A DNA stretch of 64,000 nt, from positions 768 to 64,767 of the forward strand of contig NZ_CALKTC010000009.1 in assembly GCF_937996225.1 (NCBI RefSeq), written 5' to 3'. This DNA is from an uncultured Campylobacter sp. (GTDB taxonomy: Bacteria; Campylobacterota; Campylobacteria; Campylobacterales; Campylobacteraceae). The notes below the pieces were generated by a model. That model had not been told where the DNA came from and did no database searches. It worked only from the letters and a program-made list of their open reading frames with translations. Shown here one piece after another: positions 50,609-60,710 of the stretch; the stretch's first letter is position 1; every line of letters starts with the position of its first letter. Position numbers and translations under genes: made by a program.

Positions 50609-52786
50609 ATGTCAAGTAAAATCACTCTAAATATCGTTGGGATGAGCTGCGTAAACTGCTCCAATGCGATCGAGCGGGTAAGTCGCAAGATCGAGGGGGT
50701 GCAGGACGCGCACGTAAATTTCGCAAACGGCAATGGCGAGTTCGTACTAGATGACCCCGCCATAGAGGAGACGCTAAAAGCCAAGATCAAAAAACTGGGC
50801 TATGACATCGCCGTGGATTACGAGGATTTGGAGCGCAAAAAGCGGAGCAATCTCAAAGCGGCGCTATTTAGGCTGATCCTCGCTCTCATTTTAGCCGCGG
50901 CGGTAATGGCGGTGGAGATGAGCGGGTTTTTAAGCTTCGTTCCAAAGGCGCTACTTTGTGCGGCGATGGCGTGCGTGAGCCTGTTTTATTGCGGCAAGAA
51001 CTTCTTTTATCACGCTTACGGCTCTCTGAAAAACAGAAACTTCGATATGAACGTGCTCGTGGCGATGGGAAGCTTTTTTGCGTTTGCTTATTCGCTAACG
51101 GCCGCGGCGTGGGTCTATACGCACGGCGCGCAGAATGAATTTACCAATCTTTATTTCTCTTCCGCCTCGATGATAATCGCCTTTATCTCGCTCGGCAAAT
51201 ACCTTGAAGAGCGCAGCAAGATGAAGGCGAACGACTACATCAAGGGGCTAATCGATCTAAGCCCTAAAACCGCGCTTTTGATCAAAGACGACGGCACGAT
51301 AGCCGAAGTGCGCGCAGAAGCGCTAAAGCCGGGCGATAAAGTGCTCGTAAAAAATGGCTCGCGTATCCCATGCGACGGGCTTATCGTCGAGGGCGGCGCG
51401 CAGATCGATGCTTCGCTCATAAGCGGCGAGAGCTTGGCGGTTTATAAAGGCGTGGGCGATGAGGTAAATGCGGGCTGCGTCAGCACGGACGGCGTCATCT
51501 ACGTGAAAGTGACGAAATTTTCGCATCAGACGCTGCTTGCCGAGATTAAAAATCTGCTAAACGAGGCGGGCAACAAAAAGATGCCGATCGCGCGCTTTGC
51601 GGATAAAATTTCAAATATCTTCGTGCCCGCGGTGATTTTGATCGCGCTTGTTAGCTTTATAGCGTGGATGGCGCTTGACGGGCGGCTCTCATACGCCGCA
51701 TCCGCCGCTATCTGCGTGCTTATCATCTCCTGCCCGTGCGCGCTAGGTCTTGCGACGCCGATCGCGATCGTTTGCGCGATCTCAAACGCCGCAAAAGCTG
51801 GAATTTTAATAAAAAATCCCGAAATTTTAGAAATTTTAAAAGGCGCCGACGTCGCGGTTTTCGATAAAACCGGCACGCTTAGCAAGGGCGAAATTTCGGT
51901 AAGCTTCAGCGATCTGGGCGCCCAAGATCTCTACGCTCTGGCAAGCGCGCAAAAGCTTAGCGAGCATCCGATCTCAAAGGCGATCGTAAAATTTGCCGAG
52001 CTGAAATTCGGCGAAATTTCTAAATTTAACGGCGAGTTTGAAAGCATCGCGGGCAAGGGGATCGTCGCTAAAAATCCAACCGGCGAAATTCTTTGCGGCA
52101 GCGCGGGCTTTCTGCGCGAGCGCGGCGTGGATGCGGGCGTCGAAGTAGAAGCGGAGGAGCTTTTAGACAAGGGCTTCGGCGTCGTTTACTGCGCGATAGG
52201 CGGCTCGTACGCGGGCTTCATCGCATTTAGCGACGAGATCAGGGCCGAAGCGCGCGGCGTCGTACAGGCGCTGCAAAAAAGCGGCGTAAAAACCGTCATG
52301 CTAACGGGCGATAACGCCAAAACGGCAAATTTTGTCGCTCGCAGCCTCGGCATCGACGAGGTGAGAAGCGGAGTGCTCCCAAGCGGCAAATATGAGTTCA
52401 TCAAATCCCTGATGGACGAGGGTAAGCGGGTGCTTTTCGTAGGCGACGGCGTCAATGACGCACCGAGCTTAAAAGCCGCTAGTATCGGCGTCGCGATGAA
52501 CGGCGGCAGTGACGTAGCCAAGGGCGCGGGCGACGTGATTTTTATAAAAAACGACCTTGCAAGCGTGCTATATCTATTCCGCCTATCGGGAGCTGCCATG
52601 CGGACGATCAAGCAAAACCTCTTCTGGGCGCTGTTTTACAACGCCGTATGCATCCCGATCGCAGCAGGCGCGCTATATCCGGCGCTCGGTGTGCTTTTAA
52701 AGCCGATGTACGGTGCTGCGGCGATGTGCTTTAGCTCTGTAACAGTCGTGCTAAATTCCATCAGATTGAAATTCGCTAAATTTTAA
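50609..52786 (+). CDS. copA: Copper-translocating P1B-type ATPase
   Basis: GMSCVNC, CPCALGLATP, DKTGT, SEHP, GDGVND, YN and MCFSS Cu+ motifs. Confidence 0.95.
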   Translation: MSSKITLNIVGMSCVNCSNAIERVSRKIEGVQDAHVNFANGNGEFVLDDPAIEETLKAKIKKLGYDIAVDYEDLERKKRSNLKAALFRLILALILAAAVMAVEMSGFLSFVPKALLCAAMACVSLFYCGKNFFYHAYGSLKNRNFDMNVLVAMGSFFAFAYSLTAAAWVYTHGAQNEFTNLYFSSASMIIAFISLGKYLEERSKMKANDYIKGLIDLSPKTALLIKDDGTIAEVRAEALKPGDKVLVKNGSRIPCDGLIVEGGAQIDASLISGESLAVYKGVGDEVNAGCVSTDGVIYVKVTKFSHQTLLAEIKNLLNEAGNKKMPIARFADKISNIFVPAVILIALVSFIAWMALDGRLSYAASAAICVLIISCPCALGLATPIAIVCAISNAAKAGILIKNPEILEILKGADVAVFDKTGTLSKGEISVSFSDLGAQDLYALASAQKLSEHPISKAIVKFAELKFGEISKFNGEFESIAGKGIVAKNPTGEILCGSAGFLRERGVDAGVEVEAEELLDKGFGVVYCAIGGSYAGFIAFSDEIRAEARGVVQALQKSGVKTVMLTGDNAKTANFVARSLGIDEVRSGVLPSGKYEFIKSLMDEGKRVLFVGDGVNDAPSLKAASIGVAMNGGSDVAKGAGDVIFIKNDLASVLYLFRLSGAAMRTIKQNLFWALFYNAVCIPIAAGALYPALGVLLKPMYGAAAMCFSSVTVVLNSIRLKFAKF

Positions 52787-53244
52787 CGCGACTGATTTTG
52801 CGCTAGGCGCGGAATTTCGCGCGGCGAAATTTTAATTGTTCCGTGCAAAACGCGCAAAATTATTTCATTCTGCAAGGAATTTTACCTCGCAAATTCTATC
52901 TGGCTACTAATGCGTGTAGAATTCCGCGGAACGGGCTCCACTTGAAAAAATTTTATTTCACGATAAGCTTAGCACGGAATTCCGCCAGATTTGTACAGCT
53001 TGCAAAATTTTATTTTACCGCTAGCTCGCGCGTAAATTTTAAAATTTTAGCCTGCCGATCGCTGTGCCCTCATATAGCCCTCCATTGCTGCGCCTATAAC
53101 TACCATTATTTAACGCCGCTCGCCGCTGCGCCGTAAAATTTTAAAAATTCCGCAAAATTTTATAAGGTTGAAAGGAATTCTGTAGAATTCCACCGCCCGC
53201 ACTAAGTTTTAATAAATAAATTTAAAGGTAAAATAACGCTTCAA

Positions 53245-54495
53245 ATGCAATTCGAGGTAGCGATGCGAAAAATTCTAATGGGTTCGTTTGTTTTTTGCGG
53301 CACGCTTTTTGGCGCTTCTTGCGAGCAGATGCTAAGCGATCCGCGCGGCTTTTTTAGCAAAGAGCCTGCGGACGAAGAGCTGCTGCAAAGCGATTTTGGC
53401 TGTAAAGGCTCGCTAGCTGGCGCAGAATTTTTGCAAAATTTAAAAAGCGCGGCTTCTGAGATCAGGGACGAAAATATCGATTGTGTCGGTAACGAAGCCT
53501 TGCTGAACGAAAAAAGGCTTGAGCGAACCTTGGCATTTGCGGGGATGGATGGCGAGGGCTTTTTGAGCTATGCCAAAGAGAAAAACTACGCACAAATCAG
53601 CGAAAAATCGCTTGAAGCCTTAGAATTTTACTCCGAGCGCAAGATTGGAAATTTCATCGCTTATGGCAATTTTATGGGCGAGATCCCGGCAGCCAGGGAG
53701 GCGTTAAGAGATTATTTCGCCGCTAAATTTAACAAAAACGACGCCGATGAGCTGGCAAGCGCCGTGATAGCGGAATTTATCGCATACGCTGCAAAGGATC
53801 GCAAGGCAGGGGATTACGGTGAGCTTGAGCTGGCACTAAAAGGCGGAGTAGGCGCAGATGAGTTTCGTACGCTACTTTTTAGCAAGGATTTTGCGATTTA
53901 CGAGCTTGATAATGCCCTGGATCTGGCACTTTTGCTAGGATATGACGAGCGTTTTAGCGGTGCTTTGATCGAGCGAGGTGCGCAGGTGAATGCGGGTGAG
54001 GAAAACTCTCTATTTTACGCGATGAATAACGTTCAAAGCGCTAAATTTATGATCTCTAAAGGCGCTTTGGTTGGCTATAAAAACTCGCTTGGGCAAACTC
54101 CGATATTTTTCGCCGCCGCGGCAAAAAATTATGAGCTCGTAAAGTTGCTAATCTACTCGCACGCTAGCGTAAATGTCCGCCAGATCGGCAGCGCTGAAGC
54201 TCAGGCTCTAGCGTCGCTAGGCGAGCGTAGCGACGGCTGTGAACGTTCGGGCGCGGGTAAGACACTGCTGATGTTTGCGGCGCAAAAAAGTACCAAACAG
54301 ATCGTTGAATTGCTCGTAAAATCGGGCGCAAACGAAAAAGCAGTCGATGAGGCGGGGCTAAATGCACTAGACTATGCGCTTGCGGGTGGCGAAGCAGCTA
54401 CGCAGAGCTATTTGCGCTCGCTTGGACTAAGTCCTACGCAAGTAAGCGATGATTTTACGAGCGATCCGCAAGATGCGCCTGAGCGTGAGAATTAG
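53245..54495 (+). CDS. Exported ankyrin-repeat protein (probable start ATG 53263)
   Basis: Signal peptide; GQTPIFFAA, GKTLLMFAA, GLNALDYA ankyrin motifs. Confidence 0.85.
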   Translation: MQFEVAMRKILMGSFVFCGTLFGASCEQMLSDPRGFFSKEPADEELLQSDFGCKGSLAGAEFLQNLKSAASEIRDENIDCVGNEALLNEKRLERTLAFAGMDGEGFLSYAKEKNYAQISEKSLEALEFYSERKIGNFIAYGNFMGEIPAAREALRDYFAAKFNKNDADELASAVIAEFIAYAAKDRKAGDYGELELALKGGVGADEFRTLLFSKDFAIYELDNALDLALLLGYDERFSGALIERGAQVNAGEENSLFYAMNNVQSAKFMISKGALVGYKNSLGQTPIFFAAAAKNYELVKLLIYSHASVNVRQIGSAEAQALASLGERSDGCERSGAGKTLLMFAAQKSTKQIVELLVKSGANEKAVDEAGLNALDYALAGGEAATQSYLRSLGLSPTQVSDDFTSDPQDAPEREN

Positions 54496-55113
54496 CGGGC
54501 TTGATTTAAAGGGCCGCTTACCGCTTCGTCGTTTTAGGTTTGCAGCGTTTTGGGTTTGCAAAAGCTTTATGAGCTTTAAATTTAGAGTTTTGCCGCTTTG
54601 CAAATTTTATAGATTTAGCGGATTTTTCGAGCGCAATTTGGTGAAATTTAACGCTTTAAAATTTTATCGTTTTGCTTGCGCAGGTTGCATGCACTGAAAT
54701 TTTATAAACGCGCAGACGAGCTTTAAAAATGGCGATATTTGTGCGTTTATGCGCGATAAAATTTTTACTGAGGGATTTTGCTTTGCGATCAAGAGCGGGA
54801 TTTCGTCAAATTTTGTGCGATAAACTTATCGCTTTTGCGACAAAGCAAGCGCTACAACATTGTGGAATTTTACCTTGATTTGGGTCTTTTGCTATGTTAA
54901 GTAAAATTTTAAATTCGCTTATAAAACGCTTTTGATTACGCCGCGCGCGGTATTTTGCACCGGAGGAATTTTGCTGCGCGACAAATTACTTAAAAATGCG
55001 TTCGCAAAATTGCAAACGTAGTAAAATTGTAGAGTTTGCTGCGCGATTAAGGCGCTCAAAAATCGCCGTAAAAGAAAGCGCGTGAATACGAATAGTTGCT
55101 GCAAGGCGCGCAG

Positions 55114-55157
55114 AATTTTAAAATTTAACCTCCGATCGGGGGTTAAATTTTAAAATT
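55114..55157. other. Long hairpin immediately upstream of the NhaC-family gene
   Basis: aattttaaaatttaacc-tccgatcggg-ggttaaattttaaaatt, 17-bp perfect stem extendable into the loop. Confidence 0.65.
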
Positions 55158-55179
55158 TTATCAATCATCAAGGATTAAA

Positions 55180-56880
55180 ATGTTAAAAAATCTTTTTATC
55201 TTTTCGGCGATTTTACTGCCCGCGCTGGCGCTTGCGGACGTGGAGCCCGCCGTGCGAAACAGCGAGCTTTACGGCGTGCTGACGCTTATCCCGCCGGTTG
55301 CGGCAATCGTGCTTGCTTTCATCACCAAAGACGTGATTTTGTCGCTGTTTTTGGGCGTGCTAAGCGGAACCTTTCTTATCGGTATGGTCGATCAAAATAT
55401 CGCAGCTTCGGCGCTTTTCGCTTTTACCGATCTGTGCTCGCGTATGGTAAAATCGATGGCGGATACGTGGAATGCGGGCATTTTGCTTCAGGTTATGTGT
55501 ATCGGCGGGCTCATCGCTCTGGTGACCAAAAGCGGCGGTACGAAGGCGCTTGCGCTCTGGCTTAGCAAGCACGCAGACACTCCCGTTTTGGGTCAAATTT
55601 ACACCTGGCTCATGGGTATCGTGATATTTTTCGATGATTACGCAAACGCCCTAATCGTGGGCCCTATCATGCGGCCGCTTATGGATAAATTTAAAATTTC
55701 GCGCGCGAAATTTGCTTTCATCATCGACGCGACCGCTGCGCCGATCACCGGCATCGCGGTGATCTCCACCTGGGTCGGAGTTGAAATTTCGGCGATCAAA
55801 GAGGCCTACTCGCAGATCGGCATAGAAAACATAAACGCCTTTACCGTGTTTGTGGAGACGATCCCGTATAGATTTTATAATATTTTCATGATCTTTTTCG
55901 TAGTCGCCACGGCAGTGATGAGCAGGGAGTTTGGCTCGATGTATCGCGCAGAGATCGCATCTCGCGGCGGCAAGAGCGGAGCTGCGGATTTTAAAATCAA
56001 AAATTTAGAGGATCAAATTTTCGTACCCAAAGAGGGCGTAGTACTTCGCAAGATAAACGCGCTAATCCCGTTAGGCGCGATGATCGTCCTCTCGGTCATC
56101 GGCTTTTATCTCAATGGCTACAGCTCGCTGGAGGGCGAGACTTTGGAGGCGGTCAAAGCAGCTCCTCTTAGCTTTACCTCTATCCGCACCGCATTTAGCG
56201 CGGCGGACGCCTCGGTAGTGCTGTTTCAATCCGCGCTCTTTTCATCGATCATCGCCGTCGTTTTAGGCATCGCGCAAAAAATTTACGGCGTCAAAGAGGC
56301 GATCGAGGTCTGGGTTGGCGGTTGGAAAAGTATGCTAAATACCGTCATAATCCTACTTTTTGCGTGGTCGCTAAGCTCGGTTATCAAGGAGCTCGGCACT
56401 TCGCGCTACCTAGTAGAGCTTCTAAGCGACGCTACGCCGCGCTTTGCTCTTGCGATCGTGATCTTCGTGCTTAGCTCGTTTATCTCCTTTTCAACGGGCA
56501 CGAGCTTCGGTACCATGGGTATCGTCACGCCTTTGGCCGTGCCGTTAGCGCACGCCGTGGGGCAAAAATATGGCCTTAGCGGCGAGGAATTTCACGTTTT
56601 TATGTGTGTAAATATCAGCGCGGTACTTACGGGAGCGATATTCGGCGATCACTGCTCGCCGATTTCGGATACGACGATCCTCTCCTCGATGGGCGCAGGC
56701 TGCGATCACATCGAGCACGTAAGCACGCAGATGACCTATGCGCTGGTCGTTTGCGGCATTAGTATCATTTGCGGCTACCTGCCTGCGGGTTTTGGGCTTA
56801 GCGTGTGGGGATGTCTGATCTTGGGTATCGCGGCTATCATTCTTTTACTGCGCGTGGTGGGTAAAAGAGTGGATGTATGA
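55180..56880 (+). CDS. Na+/H+ antiporter NhaC family transporter
   Basis: IFFDDYAN, IIDATAAP, FSTGTSFGT, GAIFGDHCSPISDTTILSS. Confidence 0.92.
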   Translation: MLKNLFIFSAILLPALALADVEPAVRNSELYGVLTLIPPVAAIVLAFITKDVILSLFLGVLSGTFLIGMVDQNIAASALFAFTDLCSRMVKSMADTWNAGILLQVMCIGGLIALVTKSGGTKALALWLSKHADTPVLGQIYTWLMGIVIFFDDYANALIVGPIMRPLMDKFKISRAKFAFIIDATAAPITGIAVISTWVGVEISAIKEAYSQIGIENINAFTVFVETIPYRFYNIFMIFFVVATAVMSREFGSMYRAEIASRGGKSGAADFKIKNLEDQIFVPKEGVVLRKINALIPLGAMIVLSVIGFYLNGYSSLEGETLEAVKAAPLSFTSIRTAFSAADASVVLFQSALFSSIIAVVLGIAQKIYGVKEAIEVWVGGWKSMLNTVIILLFAWSLSSVIKELGTSRYLVELLSDATPRFALAIVIFVLSSFISFSTGTSFGTMGIVTPLAVPLAHAVGQKYGLSGEEFHVFMCVNISAVLTGAIFGDHCSPISDTTILSSMGAGCDHIEHVSTQMTYALVVCGISIICGYLPAGFGLSVWGCLILGIAAIILLLRVVGKRVDV

Positions 56881-58421
56881 ATTGCGAAAGCTTCGGTAGT
56901 TGCGGCAGCTGCACGCTCGGTGAGCCCTATGAGGATCAAATTTCATACAAAAAGCAGCTGATAAGCGATAAGTTCAGAGAATTTTTTGACGGCGAGTTTG
57001 AGTTTTTTGCCTCACAGCCGCAAAATTACCGCATCAGGGCAGAATTTGGCATCTGGCAAGATATTTGGCATAGCGCATTTGATCTTGCTTACACGATGGG
57101 CGGCGCACGTAGCAAGAAAATTTTAATTAACGAATGCCCTAAGGTAGCGCTTCCTATCGCAAATTTAATGCCGCAACTGCTGGAAGCGCTTAGGTGGAAC
57201 GAAGCTTTAAAAGAAAGGCTCTTCGGCGTCGAGTTCATCTCATGCGCCAGCGGGATTTTGGCGACGCTGCTTTATCACAAGCGCCTGGGCGAGCGCGAGC
57301 AGGAGGCGATTTGCGAGCTGGCGGGCAAGCTAGATATCACGATCATGGCTCGCGCGCGCGGACAGAAGCTGCTAAGCGGCGAGCTAAGCCTCACAGACGA
57401 GCTTTGCGTGGACGGACGGGTTTATAAATTTCGCTTCGGCGAAAACGCCTTCATCCAGCCTAACCGCGGCGTGAACGAAAAGATGATCGCCTGGGCGAGA
57501 AGCTGCGTGGACTTCGGCAAAGATGGCGCGAGCGAGGTGTGCGCCGCACAGAATTTCGCCGCAAAGAACTCCATAGCGGAGAATTCCGCCGAGCAAAATT
57601 CTAACTGCGAGCGGTTTACCGCGCAAAATTCTATGGATCGAAATTTCGCCGAACGAGATGCCGCTTGCCGAAATTCTGTTAAAGCAAATTTCGCTTCTGC
57701 AAAATTTAACGGCGAAAATTCCGTGAAATTTAACTGTGCCTCCGCAGACGAAAGCTCTGCGGATGATAATTTCGCTCGTAAGGATTCGGATACGCAAAAT
57801 TCTGCCTCTCAAAATTTCATCGAACAGAATTTGACCGGGCAAAATTTGGATTGCGAAAAGCGTTGCGTGCAAAATTCAGCCTGCGAAAATTCCGCCGCGC
57901 AAAATTCGAGCCGCGAAAAACATGCCGTGCGCCCAAAAAGCTCCGCCGCGTGCGATCTGCTGGAGCTTTACTGCGGGCACGGCAACTTCACCATCCTGCT
58001 TGCGGCTAAATTTAACCGCGTGCTGGCGAGCGAAATTTCAAAAAGCTCGATCGCGAATGCGCGCATAAACTGCGAGCTCAACGGCGTTCGCAACGCGCAA
58101 TTCGTCCGCCTTAGCGCGGATGAGCTGATGAGCGCGTTTGCGCACAGGCGCGAGTTTGAGCGGCTAAAGGGGATCGATATTTTCGGCTACGATTTTTCGC
58201 ACGTCTTGATCGATCCGCCGCGAGCGGGGCTAGAGCCTAGCGTGATTGATTTCATAAAAAATTTTCAAAATTTGATCTACATCTCCTGTAATCCGCAGAC
58301 GCTTTTTGAAAATTTACGCTCGCTTTGCGCTACGCACGAGGTGCGCAGGTTTGCGATCTTCGATCAGTTCGCGCATACGAGCCATATCGAATGCGGCGTG
58401 CTGCTGCGGCGCAGGAGCTAG
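56877..58421 (+). CDS. trmA: tRNA (uridine54-C5)-methyltransferase, with ~145-aa insertion
   Basis: YRIRAEF, FIQPN, DLLELYCGHGNF, IDPPRAG, YISCNP, FDQF...HIECGV. Confidence 0.95.
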   Translation: MNCESFGSCGSCTLGEPYEDQISYKKQLISDKFREFFDGEFEFFASQPQNYRIRAEFGIWQDIWHSAFDLAYTMGGARSKKILINECPKVALPIANLMPQLLEALRWNEALKERLFGVEFISCASGILATLLYHKRLGEREQEAICELAGKLDITIMARARGQKLLSGELSLTDELCVDGRVYKFRFGENAFIQPNRGVNEKMIAWARSCVDFGKDGASEVCAAQNFAAKNSIAENSAEQNSNCERFTAQNSMDRNFAERDAACRNSVKANFASAKFNGENSVKFNCASADESSADDNFARKDSDTQNSASQNFIEQNLTGQNLDCEKRCVQNSACENSAAQNSSREKHAVRPKSSAACDLLELYCGHGNFTILLAAKFNRVLASEISKSSIANARINCELNGVRNAQFVRLSADELMSAFAHRREFERLKGIDIFGYDFSHVLIDPPRAGLEPSVIDFIKNFQNLIYISCNPQTLFENLRSLCATHEVRRFAIFDQFAHTSHIECGVLLRRRS

Positions 58422-58486
58422 GCGTGAGCCCAGATATAAGCTGCGGATTTAGGCTGCGCGCGAGATAAAATTTCGCCTAAAATATG

Positions 58487-58492
58487 TATAAT
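58487..58492 (+). promoter_or_regulatory. Putative -10 box for ilvA
   Basis: TATAAT ~30 bp before ATG 58523. Confidence 0.5.
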
Positions 58493-58522
58493 AACAAAAT
58501 TTAAAATTACGAAAGGAAGTAG

Positions 58523-59734
58523 ATGGTTGATCTAAATAAAATCATCCAAGCAAAGCGCACGATAAACGATTTCGTCTATAAAACGCCCTTTGCTCTGGCG
58601 CCGAAGCTCAGCAAGCTTTACGGCGCGGAAGTGTATCTCAAAAGCGAGAATTTGCAGCGCACCGGCGCGTATAAGATTCGTGGCGCTTACAATAAAATCG
58701 CGCACCTAACGGACGAGGAGCGGGCGCATGGAGTAATAGCCGCAAGCGCGGGCAACCACGCCCAAGGCGTAGCGATGAGCGCGCAAAAATTCGGCGTGCA
58801 TGCCGTGATCGTAATGCCTGAAGCCACGCCGCTACTTAAGGTAAGCGGCACGAAGGCTCTGGGCGCAGAGATCATCCTAAAGGGCGATAATTTCGACGAG
58901 GCGTATGCGTTTGCACTGGAATATGCCAAAGAGCACAATCTGACGTTCGTCCATCCCTTCAACGATGAGTTCGTCCAAGCTGGCCAAGGCACGATCGCGC
59001 TTGAGATGATCGAGGAGGTCGCAGATCTTGAATACATCGTCGTTCCCGTAGGCGGCGGTGGGCTTGCGACGGGGGTTTGCAGCTGTGCCAAACAGATCAA
59101 TCCCGACATCAAAATCATCGCCGTAGCCGCTAAGGGCGCGCCTGCGATGCACGATAGCTTCGTCGCGAAAAAGCCGCTAAATTCCAAATCGGTCCGCACC
59201 ATCGCCGACGGCATCGCGGTACGAGATACGAGCGAGATCACGCTCTCTACGATCATCGAGTGCGTCGATGAGTTCGTGCAGGTCGATGACGAGGAGATCG
59301 CAAGCGCGATACTCTATCTGCTCGAGCAGCAAAAAATCATCGTCGAGGGCGCGGGCGCGGCGGGAGTAGCAGCGCTGATGAACGCGAAATTCCAATTCCC
59401 CGCGGGCGCAAAGATCGGCATCATCCTAAGCGGCGGCAACATCGATGTGCAGATGCTAAACATCATCATCGAAAAAGGCCTCATAAAATCGCACCGCAAG
59501 ATGACGATCAACGTCACGCTCGTCGATAAGCCGGGCGCGCTTACGGGGCTTACCGAAATTTTGCGCCGCGCCAACGCAAACATCGTCAAGATCGACTACG
59601 ACCGCTTCTCGACCAATATCGAGTACGGCGACGCGCAGATTACGATCACGCTTGAGACCAAAGGCAAGGCTCATCAAGAGGACATCGCCTGGGCGCTCAA
59701 AAACGCAGGGTATGATTTTAGGGAGATTTTGTAA
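58523..59734 (+). CDS. ilvA: Threonine ammonia-lyase with ACT domain
   Basis: KSENLQRTGAYKIRGA, ASAGNHAQG, PVGGGGL, SGGN, DKPGAL. Confidence 0.96.
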   Translation: MVDLNKIIQAKRTINDFVYKTPFALAPKLSKLYGAEVYLKSENLQRTGAYKIRGAYNKIAHLTDEERAHGVIAASAGNHAQGVAMSAQKFGVHAVIVMPEATPLLKVSGTKALGAEIILKGDNFDEAYAFALEYAKEHNLTFVHPFNDEFVQAGQGTIALEMIEEVADLEYIVVPVGGGGLATGVCSCAKQINPDIKIIAVAAKGAPAMHDSFVAKKPLNSKSVRTIADGIAVRDTSEITLSTIIECVDEFVQVDDEEIASAILYLLEQQKIIVEGAGAAGVAALMNAKFQFPAGAKIGIILSGGNIDVQMLNIIIEKGLIKSHRKMTINVTLVDKPGALTGLTEILRRANANIVKIDYDRFSTNIEYGDAQITITLETKGKAHQEDIAWALKNAGYDFREIL

Positions 59735-59948
59735 AATTTTGCTCGGGCTTGTGAAATTTGCCTACGCTTGCAAAATCTGCTTTTGAATTTATCCGAGATT
59801 GTAAAATTTACTCTGTGTTTGCACCAATGCTGCGCGCGGCGCGGCTAAATTTACACTCGTTTGCGTACAGGTTGCGGCTCGCGGTTTTAAATTTTACGTA
59901 GAATTTAAAATTCTAAATATGCAGCGCAAGCCGCAGTTTAAATTTGAC

Positions 59949-60456
59949 GCGAGCGTAGCTCGCCCTTCTAGCGTCGCGCGGGTGGGGGTTGGTAAGGGGG
60001 CGCCCCGCTAACTCTGAGCGCCGCCCCCTTACGGATTATGTGTAACGCATACGCCGGCTCGAATTTATAAAGATTTCACTATGTTAAATTTCAGTATTTT
60101 TAGCTCTTTGTGTATTTCTTTCGGGGCGGGAAGGGGAGCGACCTCGTAATTGGGGCCCCTTCCCGCCCCAAGAGAAACATATCGTGGGTTAAAATTTAAA
60201 CGGAATTTTATAAAGGCAAGTGCTACTTTTAAATTTATAAATAGCGAAACGGCAATATAAATTTGGAATTTAAAATTTCGCTATATAAAATTTTATCTCT
60301 AGAGATTAGGTCGTGGCGACGTTTTCTCTTAAGGGGGAAGGGGCGCTACTTACTCTGCTTCGCTGCGCTCGCAAGAAACGCCGCCAGGCTAAGCCTTGCG
60401 TCGCTACGCTCGTTTTGCGAGGTCGCTCCCCTTCCCCCTTAAAATCCCCCAACCCC
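59949..60456. repeat. Cluster of three related G/C-rich hairpin elements (REP/MITE-like)
   Basis: Stems 59992-60002/60022-60032, 60123-60136/60156-60169 and 60329-60343/60428-60442; 19-bp inverted identity 60128-60146 vs 60418-60436. Confidence 0.8.
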
Positions 60457-60710
60457 TGGCACGCTCAAAGGGCGAGCCTTACGGCTCGCGTTAAATTTTA
60501 ATAGGGGCTGAATTACGGCATGCGAAATTTTAAAATTTAGCCGAAATTTACAGCTCACAAAATTTTAAAATTCCAAGCGCAAAAGAATTTTGAAATTCCA
60601 AATACGATAAAATTTAAGTGGCGGCGAAATTTCAGAATTCTGGTCGGCAGCGGAATTTCAAAATTCCGTAAATTTGAGCGAAATTCTGAAATTCCACAAA
60701 TTTAAAACGA

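Noticed and set aside
54900..55110. Lysine or other known riboswitch upstream of the NhaC-family gene
   Set aside because: Could not find the conserved aptamer motifs by eye.
6975..57950. Inserts as inteins or self-splicing introns
   Set aside because: No Cys/Ser-start plus His-Asn-end splice motifs, no homing endonuclease, low complexity, and frames stay open.
6975..57950. Inserts as copies of one mobile palindromic element (Rickettsia RPE-like)
   Set aside because: No shared extended sequence, terminal repeats or common length; only the hexamer is shared and the periods differ.
60313..60501. 62-aa ORF across hairpin C
   Set aside because: No RBS, and the sequence is explained by the inverted-repeat structure.
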